Below the pieces are notes generated by a model. The model saw only the letters and a list, made by a program, of their open reading frames with translations, was not told the DNA's origin and ran no database searches. The translations under genes and the position numbers were made by a program. This document shows, piece by piece, positions 19,235 through 28,756 of a DNA stretch of 64,000 bases. The stretch's first letter is position 1. Every line of letters begins with the position of its first letter. The stretch spans positions 1-64,000 of the forward strand of contig JBMOLF010000012.1 in the NCBI GenBank assembly GCA_049325595.1, given 5' to 3'. The stretch is from Candidatus Babelota bacterium. Lineage in GTDB: Bacteria > Babelota > Babeliae > Babelales > Vermiphilaceae.

Positions 19235-19942
19235 CTAATGTTTTATTTTTTTATTTCGTAAAAGACTAGCTTTTTTTTGATAATTGTTCTTAAATGCCGA
19301 AGATGGTAAATAATTGGCGTTGAGCAGTTCAAGCATTGTTTTATCAGTTGTAAGTTGCTTGAATGAATCGAGTTGTGTATTAGAATAACACGTAAAATTA
19401 CTGTTGTTTAGAGAAAGAAGATTTGAATTAAATTGAAGACATGCTGCAACAAGCGGATGATTATTCTTTTTTATTGCATGCTCTAAAATAGTATCGCCTT
19501 CATTATTTGTTTCTTTAAGAAAATCGATTTCATAGGCAATAGATCGATTTAAAAATCGTTCGATGGTTTTTTTTGTATGCTGGTTATAATCAATAAGGTT
19601 TGTTGTTTTATCACAAATGGTCCAAAAGATTTGTTTTATAATTTTTTTATCTAGAATGAGTTCTCTTTTTTTATTATAAACGTAATAATCAACTCTTGAT
19701 GCAAGAATCCCATGTTTTTTTGGGAGTTTATGTTGCCATGATGAAAAAAAATCATCTATACGGTCATAAAGTTTCTGTATAGTTTGTTCTTGGCTATTGT
19801 CCATGCTGGTTTTTGCCAGACAACAAAGCCCTAAAGCTGCATCTTCAATAGCTTTTGGTAGGGTAATAATATGAGGAATTGCATATCGCTCTGCTCCATA
19901 AATTGATATGAAAAATAATAATAATGTTGTGTATAGAAACAT
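19235..19942 (-). CDS. secreted protein with a single ankyrin-like repeat (family B)
   Basis: TNNEGDTILEHAIKKNNHPLVAACL. Confidence 0.6.
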   Translation of the reverse strand: MFLYTTLLLFFISIYGAERYAIPHIITLPKAIEDAALGLCCLAKTSMDNSQEQTIQKLYDRIDDFFSSWQHKLPKKHGILASRVDYYVYNKKRELILDKKIIKQIFWTICDKTTNLIDYNQHTKKTIERFLNRSIAYEIDFLKETNNEGDTILEHAIKKNNHPLVAACLQFNSNLLSLNNSNFTCYSNTQLDSFKQLTTDKTMLELLNANYLPSSAFKNNYQKKASLLRNKKIKH

Positions 19943-19974
19943 AGCAATTACCCATTAACAGAACATAATAAATA

Positions 19975-20008
19975 AAACAATGGCTGTAAAGAATTACAAC
20001 CATTGTTT
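19975..20008 (-). terminator. probable terminator hairpin
   Basis: AAACAATGGcTGTAA-agaa-TTACAaCCATTGTTT downstream of 20029 stop. Confidence 0.55.
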
Positions 20009-20028
20009 AGGAGAAAAATTTAATACCA

Positions 20029-20376
20029 TTAACGGTTAATATGTTTATTCATTTCTGATTCAACTTGCGCACGGAAATCTTTTTTCATGCCTTCTAAAAC
20101 ATCAGCAGGAATGTTTGGATCTATTTTTTTGATTTGTGCTGCCATATTTTCCCATTCTCTATCATAGTCAAAAGCTGGCATAGTTGTCGGTTGAGGAGCT
20201 GGTTTTGTAGTTGCAGGCATAGGAGCTTTTTTTACGACTTGTTTTTGAGGAGCTGCCTTGGGTGCTGGCATAGAACTTTTTTTTACCATTTGCTTTTGTG
20301 GCGCTGCTGGACAATATTTTGCTAATGCAACACCATTTGCCAAGCAACATGTCAGTAATAATAATTTATAATTCAT
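20029..20376 (-). CDS. small secreted Pro/Ala/Lys-rich protein with internal tandem repeat
   Basis: Start MNYKLL; AAPQKQ(M/V)VKKxxMPA occurs twice. Confidence 0.7.
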   Translation of the reverse strand: MNYKLLLLTCCLANGVALAKYCPAAPQKQMVKKSSMPAPKAAPQKQVVKKAPMPATTKPAPQPTTMPAFDYDREWENMAAQIKKIDPNIPADVLEGMKKDFRAQVESEMNKHINR

Positions 20377-20587
20377 CCTAATCCCCTTTTTTTGTAATAC
20401 CGGTTTATCTGAAAGTAAATGTAACAAAGGGGCAAATTATAAATCAATAATTGTAATAAAAATTAAATATGCAATTGGTTTAACTAAGCTTTAGTAAATC
20501 TGAAAAATAGAGGTGAATTGATGGTTTTTTATTTTTCTCGTATGCTGATACTGAACGTAAAACTTTTTGTTGTTAGGGCTCTATTGT

Positions 20588-22906
20588 ATGAAGCTTTCGC
20601 TTTCTTGGATTTTCCAACATATTTATGCTGATTGGCGTACAGTTGATATCGAAAAATTAGTCAGCCAGTTTATTAAGACTACTGCTGAAATAGAAGGATA
20701 TGAAAAATACCATATTGCGATTGATTCTTTTGCCATAGCTCGGGTAACTCAGATAAACGATGCTCGCATGACGCTTACCTGCGCTGAGTGGGGCCAACAT
20801 ATTACTTTTCCTGCGGTTGCTGATGCTCACATAAATCAAACATATTTAATTAAAAAAGAAGGTAGTAAGATACGACTTGCGCATGGTGGTGATTTTGGCT
20901 CAGCAAAAGATAGTATTTTACCTGCTTTATCTTTGGTTGCCGAATTAGAAGATGGATCTTGGAAAAAGCACATTGAATTAGATGATTATATTATCCATCT
21001 TGATAATAAATCGATTAATCATCGTCCAGATATGTGGGGACATCGTGGCGTTGCGCGCGAAATTGCCGCTATATTGCAACTCCCATTTAAGCCGTTAGAA
21101 AATGTAATAGCCCCTTTAGAAGTTGAATCATTTGAAAAGCAATCAAAAATAACGCAAGAAAATCCATTTGAGCTTCGTATTGAAAATCCTTCTGTTTGCC
21201 CACGAATAGCAGCGGTATACGCTAAGGTACAAGAGGTACAGGCTAGCCCGCTCGCCTTAGCATTAAAACTTTTAAAAGTGGATGCTCGACCAATAAATGC
21301 ATTGGTTGATCTTACCAATTATGTAATGCTTGATATTGGCCAGCCAATGCATGCTTTTGATGCTCAAGCTATATCTTCAAACTCATTAGTAGTTCGTAAT
21401 GGTAAACAAAAAGAAGAATTGATATTGCTTGATGGACAAATAGTTTCACTAACACCTGAAGATATTGTAATTACTGATGGTATAGATCCCTTATCGCTTG
21501 CAGGTATTTCCGGTGGCCAAACATCGGGGGTTAACGAGCAAACAAAAGAACTTATTTTAGAATCAGGTTCATTTGATGCTGCTACCATAAGACGTACGGC
21601 TTCCCGGTTAAAAAAACGAACTGACAGTTCTGCTCGCTTTGAAAAAAGTTTAGATCCAAACCAGAATGTGATTGCATTGAAACGTTTTGTTTTTGCAGCA
21701 CATGAATTTGGCATTTCGTTGCAAACAGCGCCATCGATAATTTCTGTGGGCAAACAAATAACCTCACCAACTATTACCGTTAGGCATGAGCAATTAGAGC
21801 GAATGATTGGCACAACTATTAATCCTGAATTTGTAATTACCACATTACATGCTCTTGAGTTTACTGTTGTTCAAGCTAACGGCATGTATACTATTACCAT
21901 TCCGACATTCCGTGCTACAAAAGATATTTCAGCAGCTCATGATATTGCAGAAGAAATTGTTCGTTTTATGGGATATGAAAACATTCCTCTTTCATTACCG
22001 CAACGCGCTATGAAACCGTTTGATTTAACCACCGTTGAACGTATTCGATATATAAAACGTCAACTTGCATTTGGTGGGTCTATGCATGAGTTGTACACAT
22101 ATGCCTTTTTTGACGAATCATTTTTACGTATTTTGCAATGGGAACCGCGTAATACTTTGCAAGTACAAAGTGCGGTGTCAGAAAACTGGCAACGTTTGGT
22201 TACCTCGTTAATACCTAATCTTTTAAAAGCAGTACAACAGGAACTTGCTTTACAAGATCATGTGCGCTTTTTTGAATCAGCTCGTGTTTGGCATGCAGGA
22301 CAAGCAGTTTCTGAAAAACATTCGCTTGCTGGAATTATTGCTGATCGAAAACAGTCGGTTGATTTTTATGAAGGTAAATCTATTGTTGAAAACCTTCTTC
22401 ATTCATTGGGAATAAAAGCGCAATGGATTAAGGTGACAGAGCCAGAAGTTCCTTGGTATATGCCGTATCAAACAGCTCACTTAATAGTAGGCAACAAAGT
22501 AATTGGTACAGCAGGAAAAGTACATCCAAAATTTTATGAACCAGTAGCATTAGGCCAAGCATTTATATTTGAGCTTGATACTGAGTTTTTGCTTAATTAC
22601 AAACAAGAAGAAAAAAAAGTAACGCCACTTGCTAAATATCCATGTGTAGAACGCGATATTAGTATGTTAGTGCCTTTATCAATTACCGTAGATGAGCTAC
22701 AAAAGCTTATCGCTTCTGCCGATACAAAAATAAGTTCAGTTTTCTTAATTGATTTCTTTGAAAAACCTGAATGGCACAATCAAAAATCACTTACGTTTAG
22801 ATTTATTATTACTGATCCAGAAAGAACATTAACTCATCAAGAAGCAGATGCGATTTGGGATGTGGTTTCTCAGTTGATTACTCAGACTGGTGGAGTGGTA
22901 AGATGA
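20588..22906 (+). CDS. pheT: phenylalanine--tRNA ligase beta subunit
   Basis: NHRPDMWGHRGVARE, NYVMLDIGQPMHAFD, SARFEK, DIAEEIVR, C-terminal RDIS...KSLTFR. Confidence 0.95.
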   Translation: MKLSLSWIFQHIYADWRTVDIEKLVSQFIKTTAEIEGYEKYHIAIDSFAIARVTQINDARMTLTCAEWGQHITFPAVADAHINQTYLIKKEGSKIRLAHGGDFGSAKDSILPALSLVAELEDGSWKKHIELDDYIIHLDNKSINHRPDMWGHRGVAREIAAILQLPFKPLENVIAPLEVESFEKQSKITQENPFELRIENPSVCPRIAAVYAKVQEVQASPLALALKLLKVDARPINALVDLTNYVMLDIGQPMHAFDAQAISSNSLVVRNGKQKEELILLDGQIVSLTPEDIVITDGIDPLSLAGISGGQTSGVNEQTKELILESGSFDAATIRRTASRLKKRTDSSARFEKSLDPNQNVIALKRFVFAAHEFGISLQTAPSIISVGKQITSPTITVRHEQLERMIGTTINPEFVITTLHALEFTVVQANGMYTITIPTFRATKDISAAHDIAEEIVRFMGYENIPLSLPQRAMKPFDLTTVERIRYIKRQLAFGGSMHELYTYAFFDESFLRILQWEPRNTLQVQSAVSENWQRLVTSLIPNLLKAVQQELALQDHVRFFESARVWHAGQAVSEKHSLAGIIADRKQSVDFYEGKSIVENLLHSLGIKAQWIKVTEPEVPWYMPYQTAHLIVGNKVIGTAGKVHPKFYEPVALGQAFIFELDTEFLLNYKQEEKKVTPLAKYPCVERDISMLVPLSITVDELQKLIASADTKISSVFLIDFFEKPEWHNQKSLTFRFIITDPERTLTHQEADAIWDVVSQLITQTGGVVR

Positions 22907-23364
22907 CGCAAAAAAAAGCATTATTGCCGGCTTTGCTAGTAGCCATTGTTATAATTGGTATTGATCAGTTAACAAAATATTGGGTGCTCAATTATGTTAC
23001 TGATTGGTATGTAGTTAATAACTATCTTTCTTTTGAAGTGGTTTTTAATAGAGGTGTTTCTTGGGGCTTGTTTCATTCAGCCTATTATTGGCCTTTTTTA
23101 TTGGTAAGTATGCTGAGCGGGGCATTTATTGTGGGAATGAGCTTATTTACCTGGTGGCAATGGCGATTTGGTTATTCAATATTAGCAGAAACAATGGTGT
23201 TGGCTGGTGCAATTTCTAATATGATTGACAGAATAATCTACAAGGGAGTTGTGGATTTTATTGCTCTTACGTATAATGGATGGTCTTGGCCAGTATTTAA
23301 TATTGCCGACTGTTGTATTGTTCTTGGTACTTTTCTTATTTTTGTAAAGCTCAATAAACAATGA
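22903..23364 (+). CDS. lspA: lipoprotein signal peptidase II
   Basis: DQLTK, NRGVSWG, GAISNMIDR, VVDF, FNIAD. Confidence 0.95.
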   Translation: MTQKKALLPALLVAIVIIGIDQLTKYWVLNYVTDWYVVNNYLSFEVVFNRGVSWGLFHSAYYWPFLLVSMLSGAFIVGMSLFTWWQWRFGYSILAETMVLAGAISNMIDRIIYKGVVDFIALTYNGWSWPVFNIADCCIVLGTFLIFVKLNKQ

Positions 23365-23816
23365 AATCATTATCTATAGCTCTTGCAACTTTAGGGCCGG
23401 TGGGATATTTACCTGCTTCAGGCACTATAGCCTCAATTATTGCCGCGCCGTTGGTCTATCGTTTGTTTTCTGTATATTCAGAACCAACAACGCAATGTGC
23501 GTTTGTTTTACTGTTAATAGCGCTGTCATTATGGTGTATACAAGTGGCGCTTGAAAATTTTCAGCGATGGGACGATCCAAGTGAGATTGTGCTTGATGAG
23601 CTTATTGGAACATTTGTTACTTTTATTAATATTCCTCTAACACCAATGTCGATGGGAATCGGGTTAATTTTATTTAGATTCTTAGATATTCTTAAGCCTT
23701 TTGGTATTCGTCGCCTAGAATATATTGGCGGATCAGTAGGTATTGTACTTGACGATATTGCAGCTGGAGCAGGAGCTTGTTTACTGCTGCATCTGTTATA
23801 TTGGTTTATTGGCTAA
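23361..23816 (+). CDS. pgpA: phosphatidylglycerophosphatase A
   Basis: PASGT, DPSEIVLDE, FRFLDILKP, LDDIAAG. Confidence 0.93.
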   Translation: MKSLSIALATLGPVGYLPASGTIASIIAAPLVYRLFSVYSEPTTQCAFVLLLIALSLWCIQVALENFQRWDDPSEIVLDELIGTFVTFINIPLTPMSMGIGLILFRFLDILKPFGIRRLEYIGGSVGIVLDDIAAGAGACLLLHLLYWFIG

Positions 23817-23822
23817 TAATGC

Positions 23823-24494
23823 ATGCTTAATCATCTGATACATTTTTTTAAAACTAATTTTGTTCCCATTATTTTCCCTTCGTTTTGTCGGCATTGTCGG
23901 GCATTTCTTAATGGCGAAGAGGTATTTTGTAATGGTTGCATAAAACTAATTAAGCCAGTTGCATCAGTTGACGTGATGGTTACTCAAACTTATTCTTGTC
24001 CGGTCTGGGCAATTTCAGATTATCAAGAACCATTACGTTCTTTAATATTAGCAAAAATGTATGGCGACATTACTGCAGCGGTTCAACTGGGTAATTTATT
24101 AGTGGAGTTTACCCCTGTTAAGCATTATGAGTTTGATGTAGTAATTCCGATTCCATTACATTGGCAACGTTATGCAAAAAGAGGGTACAATCAAGCACAT
24201 GAAATGGCAAAAGTTATTGCCTATCAAAAAAAGATAATTTGTTGCCAAGCGCTCAAACGAATGCGAGCTACTCAATACCAAGCTCAATTGTCGGTGGAAG
24301 AGCGGATTGCAAATGTGGGCGATGTTTTTACGCTTGATGTTCGCTATCATGATTTAATAATCAATAAACGTATTTTATTAGTGGATGATTTGTTCACAAC
24401 TGGTGCTACCATAAAGTCAGCGATAAAGGTGTTAAAAAAACTAAAACCAGCATCAATTACCATTGCTGTTGCATGTCGTGTGGCGCATAGCTAA
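23823..24494 (+). CDS. comF: ComF family amidophosphoribosyltransferase-like protein
   Basis: CxxC...CxxC, PIPLH, RGYNQA, LVDDLFTTGAT. Confidence 0.9.
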   Translation: MLNHLIHFFKTNFVPIIFPSFCRHCRAFLNGEEVFCNGCIKLIKPVASVDVMVTQTYSCPVWAISDYQEPLRSLILAKMYGDITAAVQLGNLLVEFTPVKHYEFDVVIPIPLHWQRYAKRGYNQAHEMAKVIAYQKKIICCQALKRMRATQYQAQLSVEERIANVGDVFTLDVRYHDLIINKRILLVDDLFTTGATIKSAIKVLKKLKPASITIAVACRVAHS

Positions 24495-24600
24495 TGAGTA
24501 TCTTTTGATTTTTTTAACTTCTTTTATTAGAATGACAGGCACAGTTGGCAATTATTAATGAGTTTTTCTGTTAACCATACATTGCAAAAAGGGATTTTCA

Positions 24601-25671
24601 ATGAAAAACACTAAATCTACTGCAAGTTATTACAAGCTTGGTTTGTTAGTGAGTAGTATTGCTTTATTACCAGCATGTGCGCCTCTTGATTGGTTTAAAG
24701 GTCAAATGAATACCTCTAAAACAATAAATGGTGCCGATCAAGAATCCATTGCAGATGGTTCAGAAGTTATAGCAACCATTGCGGGCAAACCAGGAATGAC
24801 GGCAAACAAATTTGAAGCCGACTATAAAAATTTTGTAGAAAAACATCCGATGGGTGCGCTTTTTGCTTCTATGCCTGGAGCAAAAAAACAAATTTTTAAA
24901 GGATTGATCACGCAACAATTGATTAACAAATGGGCTGAAGATCAAAAGATTGAACAAACAGCCGAGTACCAAGAATCATTAAAACAATTGATCCAATGGC
25001 TTAACACTACTCAGTTTGAAAAAACACTCAATATACCAACACTTTCAGAAGCTGAACTCAGAAAATTTTATGATGAACGCAAAGAATTATTTGGTGACGT
25101 GTTAATTTCCTGTGGTGGGGTAAATGCGCTTGGTATTTCATTTGCAAATGAAGCGGCTGCAGCTGATTTCTTGAATAAAGTAAAAGCAAAGGGTGCAGAT
25201 TTTGCTAAAATTGCACAAGAAAAAGGGCTTAAAGATCAAATTAAAGACTTTAAATTGGTAAGTGTTCAAAGCACTGGTATTGATCCCGTATTGCAAGCAC
25301 GTATTTTAGAGATCGAAAAAGCTCCTTCAGTTGAACTTATTAAATTGCCAAACAATGTATGTTGGGTAGTTCAGGCTAAGAGCAAGGAAGCTGAAAAACG
25401 CCGTCCGTTTGAAGAAGTAAAAGCGCTGGTTGAACAACGTGCAATGCAAGAAGAAAAAGCAAAAGCATACGAAAAAGCAATTGATGAGCTTGAGAAAAAA
25501 TACAATCTTGTCGTAAATGAAGAATATTTTGCAAAACAAGATAATCAAGCGCAACCATTTATGCAATTACCTATTCAAGGTGATGCGCAAGAAATGCAAG
25601 AAGGGCAAGTAGATATTGCACTTCCAGAAGATAAAGAAGTGACCTTTGATCAACAGCCAAAAGCAGCCTAG
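24601..25671 (+). CDS. PrsA/PpiC-like foldase lipoprotein
   Basis: Lipobox LPAC; ELRKFYDE, DFAKIAQE, RPFEEVK. Confidence 0.7.
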   Translation: MKNTKSTASYYKLGLLVSSIALLPACAPLDWFKGQMNTSKTINGADQESIADGSEVIATIAGKPGMTANKFEADYKNFVEKHPMGALFASMPGAKKQIFKGLITQQLINKWAEDQKIEQTAEYQESLKQLIQWLNTTQFEKTLNIPTLSEAELRKFYDERKELFGDVLISCGGVNALGISFANEAAAADFLNKVKAKGADFAKIAQEKGLKDQIKDFKLVSVQSTGIDPVLQARILEIEKAPSVELIKLPNNVCWVVQAKSKEAEKRRPFEEVKALVEQRAMQEEKAKAYEKAIDELEKKYNLVVNEEYFAKQDNQAQPFMQLPIQGDAQEMQEGQVDIALPEDKEVTFDQQPKAA

Positions 25672-25700
25672 TATCTTTTGCTAATCAATGTTACTCTAAT

Positions 25701-25730
25701 AAGGGAGTTTACCTCAGGGTAAATTCCCTT
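25701..25730. terminator. terminator-like hairpin
   Basis: AAGGGAGTTTACC-tcag-GGTAAATTCCCTT after stop 25671. Confidence 0.65.
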
Positions 25731-25769
25731 AATTAGTATCGAGCAAGAACATAATGATACACAAGTAGG

Positions 25770-26684
25770 GTGAGCATGAATTATAGAATGAAAATAGGAA
25801 TGATGGGATTGTTGTTGGCAATTGCTTCATTATCCGTAACTAAAAATAATCAAATTTGTTCTCCGTCTAATGCGATAGTCCCCGCTGCAAAAAAACAAAT
25901 AGATACCATAAAAGTAATGATATTTGGCGCTGAAGGTACTGAAATTATTACCAAATCTGATATTGAGCGACCAGGGCTTGATGGTAAAATGCGTTCGGTT
26001 GACGAGATTGTTAAAGAACGCACTATGTACCTAAAAGCAGGAACATTGCATATGCATGCTGACCAAGATGCTATTGAAAAACAACTTGCTAATGTGATGC
26101 GGGAAAATAAATTAACTCCTGAAGGAATGGATCAAATTTTTATTTCATCAGGCTATACTCCTGAAGAAGGCCGTCGACAATTTGGTATAATGATTGCCGT
26201 AAATTCATTGATTAGCTTTAAAATAACCAGTCGTCTTATTGTTCCAGATAAAGATGTACTTGCCTATTACAATGCAAATCCTGAGATTATTGAAGCTGAA
26301 TATCAATTGCAACGTACCGTGATTCCATACTCTACCGTGCAAGATAAACAGGCACAACAAAAACGAATTGAGGCTATGGCTCGTAGCGGCAAATTAAATT
26401 CTGAAGTTACCTGGAGCCCAGCATTCTGGATTACTGATTCTGAATTAGCAGATGAATTGCGCCCAGTAGTTCAACTTAACCCAGGGCAAATTGGACAACC
26501 GCGAGAGATTTTTGAAGGGTTTGAAGTTTATAAGTTAGTAAACAAAAAACCTGAGCAATTACGATCATTGCAAGAGCGTTATCGCGATATTGTTAATATT
26601 TTACGCCAGCCCAAATTGCAAGAAATGATGGAAGCATTTGAAAAAGAATTGCTCGCAGAGGTAACAATAGTATACCTTGACTAA
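25770..26684 (+). CDS. SurA-like chaperone
   Basis: IDTIK...IITKSDI, DVLAYYNAN, LNPGQIGQP resemble SurA N-domain/PPIase. Confidence 0.65.
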   Translation: MSMNYRMKIGMMGLLLAIASLSVTKNNQICSPSNAIVPAAKKQIDTIKVMIFGAEGTEIITKSDIERPGLDGKMRSVDEIVKERTMYLKAGTLHMHADQDAIEKQLANVMRENKLTPEGMDQIFISSGYTPEEGRRQFGIMIAVNSLISFKITSRLIVPDKDVLAYYNANPEIIEAEYQLQRTVIPYSTVQDKQAQQKRIEAMARSGKLNSEVTWSPAFWITDSELADELRPVVQLNPGQIGQPREIFEGFEVYKLVNKKPEQLRSLQERYRDIVNILRQPKLQEMMEAFEKELLAEVTIVYLD

Positions 26685-26710
26685 AAGAACCTTTTTGTCA
26701 AAAAGGAAGA

Positions 26711-27514
26711 ATGTTTGTAATTATTTGCTTAGCTATAATTCTTTTTCCCAATCAAAACTATGCCATGACAAAAAATTTTGATTGGGAAATTTCATGGCAA
26801 ACCGACGATAATGGAACTATTACAACATTTAATTATGCGATAGTTCCTGGCTCATACAAATACAAATTTAAAGATATTCTCAAGGACAAGTGCGATAGCT
26901 CAAATGATTTTTGGCTTCTTATCGGCAATAAGGAGCTATTAACTCAAAGTAATTTTGTATTTAATATGACTCAATTGTTTATGGAATGCTCAATTCACTC
27001 TTTGCATAAACGATTGCTAATGCTTACCGAATCTTCATTGTTTCATCGACGTGAGCGTTCTATTTTGCAAGAAATTTTTTTTCTGCCTCGCATCGATTTG
27101 CACAATTATGAAGATGAATTTCAAGAAATTTTAGATATGGTTGACCCTACTAGTAACACGAGTCGTCTTGTGGATGAAATTCTTAAGTTAAATATAAACC
27201 AATGGCGATTAATAATAAAAAAATGTTTAGCGAAAGATAAACTTGTATTACATCAAAAAATAGTTTTGGCTTGCATGTATGATATTGCTATTAAAACTGA
27301 TGAAGAGATTGAAAAACTAAAATTATGTGCACTGCAAAATTGCTTAATTACTAAACAAAAGCATAAACAGGAACGTCGATCACTAAAGCTACAAGATTGT
27401 TTGAGTGATTATTTGTACGAGCACTATCAAGCAAAAAAACAAAATAATCAAAAAATTCATACTATCTTGAAATCCACCGACAAAACGATTAAAAAATCAA
27501 ATTATAAAAAATAA
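26711..27514 (+). CDS. hypothetical secreted protein
   Basis: 267-aa ORF with RBS and hydrophobic N-terminus. Confidence 0.6.
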   Translation: MFVIICLAIILFPNQNYAMTKNFDWEISWQTDDNGTITTFNYAIVPGSYKYKFKDILKDKCDSSNDFWLLIGNKELLTQSNFVFNMTQLFMECSIHSLHKRLLMLTESSLFHRRERSILQEIFFLPRIDLHNYEDEFQEILDMVDPTSNTSRLVDEILKLNINQWRLIIKKCLAKDKLVLHQKIVLACMYDIAIKTDEEIEKLKLCALQNCLITKQKHKQERRSLKLQDCLSDYLYEHYQAKKQNNQKIHTILKSTDKTIKKSNYKK

Positions 27515-27517
27515 CTA

Positions 27518-28756
27518 TTATTGTTGTTCTTGCTCATCATGCTCATTGAGTAATTCAAGAGTTTTACTAATTAAAGTTTGTTTGCGTATTTGATAGTCAG
27601 GACGAGAAGAAAAATACGCATCTAAAATAGTTTCAAGACTCATGTCAACTGCCACTTGTGTGCGCCGTTCGCGAGTTTCTGGCTTGCGTACGGGAATAAT
27701 TCCTACCACGTACATAGCGCTATTGCAGGCACGATGAATAACTCGCAAGTCTACTGAATCTTGTTGAGCGGTTGGTATATGATATAAAATTTTTATTACC
27801 GCATCGGTAATGGTATAGGTTTCTAGTTTTTCAAGAATTTGTTTAGTTTGATCTTTATCTGGTACCAAATGTACTTCAATTTGTATAAAGGGACGAGTAG
27901 GGGTTTTGATGAATTCATAGGTAGTTTTTTGTTTGTTATTGAGAGTAACTAAACAAAATCCTTTTTCCTCTTTACGTTCACCAAAGTCTACGCGCTCTAA
28001 AGAACCAGAATAAACGATAGGCGGATTATTCCCACTATTTAAATCTTGAAAACGATGTAAATGACCCAATGCTACGTAATCAAAAGGAGAAATTGCTAAT
28101 TGTGATGGTAATAAAATAGGATCAGTGCCGTAAATTGCACGTTTTTCTGACCCCGAAAATATACCTGAACTGACCGTTAAATGGCCTACCAAAACTGCGG
28201 GAATTGTTTGATCAACTTGTGATGCCAGGTCTTTGATAATGTCAGCCACTGCTTGTGAGATATATTGAGTAATGTGAGAGCCCGATTTTAGTAACTGTGT
28301 TCCAAGGCTTAATGTATTTCTGGTGGGCCACGGCATACCTACAATAGAGCAAGGGCCATTTTTAGTTTGTAATGTTATAATCCCTGGTTTTGCAAATACG
28401 TGAAAACCATTTAAGGGAAGATCGGCAAAAATATCAAGACTGTGAGCTTTACCAAAACTTAATGGATTATCATGATTGCCAATTACCATGACAACAGGAA
28501 TATTTGCTTTGAATAACCGCAGGAGACATTTTAAAAATAATTTTTGTTGCGTAGGGCTAGGATGTGCTGTTTTATAGGCATCACCAGCGAACAAAAAGAA
28601 ATCAACATTTTGTTCTATTGCAACATCAATGCAAAAATTAAAGGCGCGCTCAAAATCCAAAAGACGGGTATGTATCCCCGTCTTTGGATCAATTTTACCA
28701 TAATTTTCCATGCCGAAATGAATGTCGGCGGTGTGAATAAAGCGTATTACTGACAT
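27518..28756 (-). CDS. sbcD: SbcD/Mre11 family exonuclease
   Basis: HTADIHFG, AGD, GNHD, YVALGHLH, YSGSLERVDFGE. Confidence 0.93.
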   Translation of the reverse strand: MSVIRFIHTADIHFGMENYGKIDPKTGIHTRLLDFERAFNFCIDVAIEQNVDFFLFAGDAYKTAHPSPTQQKLFLKCLLRLFKANIPVVMVIGNHDNPLSFGKAHSLDIFADLPLNGFHVFAKPGIITLQTKNGPCSIVGMPWPTRNTLSLGTQLLKSGSHITQYISQAVADIIKDLASQVDQTIPAVLVGHLTVSSGIFSGSEKRAIYGTDPILLPSQLAISPFDYVALGHLHRFQDLNSGNNPPIVYSGSLERVDFGERKEEKGFCLVTLNNKQKTTYEFIKTPTRPFIQIEVHLVPDKDQTKQILEKLETYTITDAVIKILYHIPTAQQDSVDLRVIHRACNSAMYVVGIIPVRKPETRERRTQVAVDMSLETILDAYFSSRPDYQIRKQTLISKTLELLNEHDEQEQQ

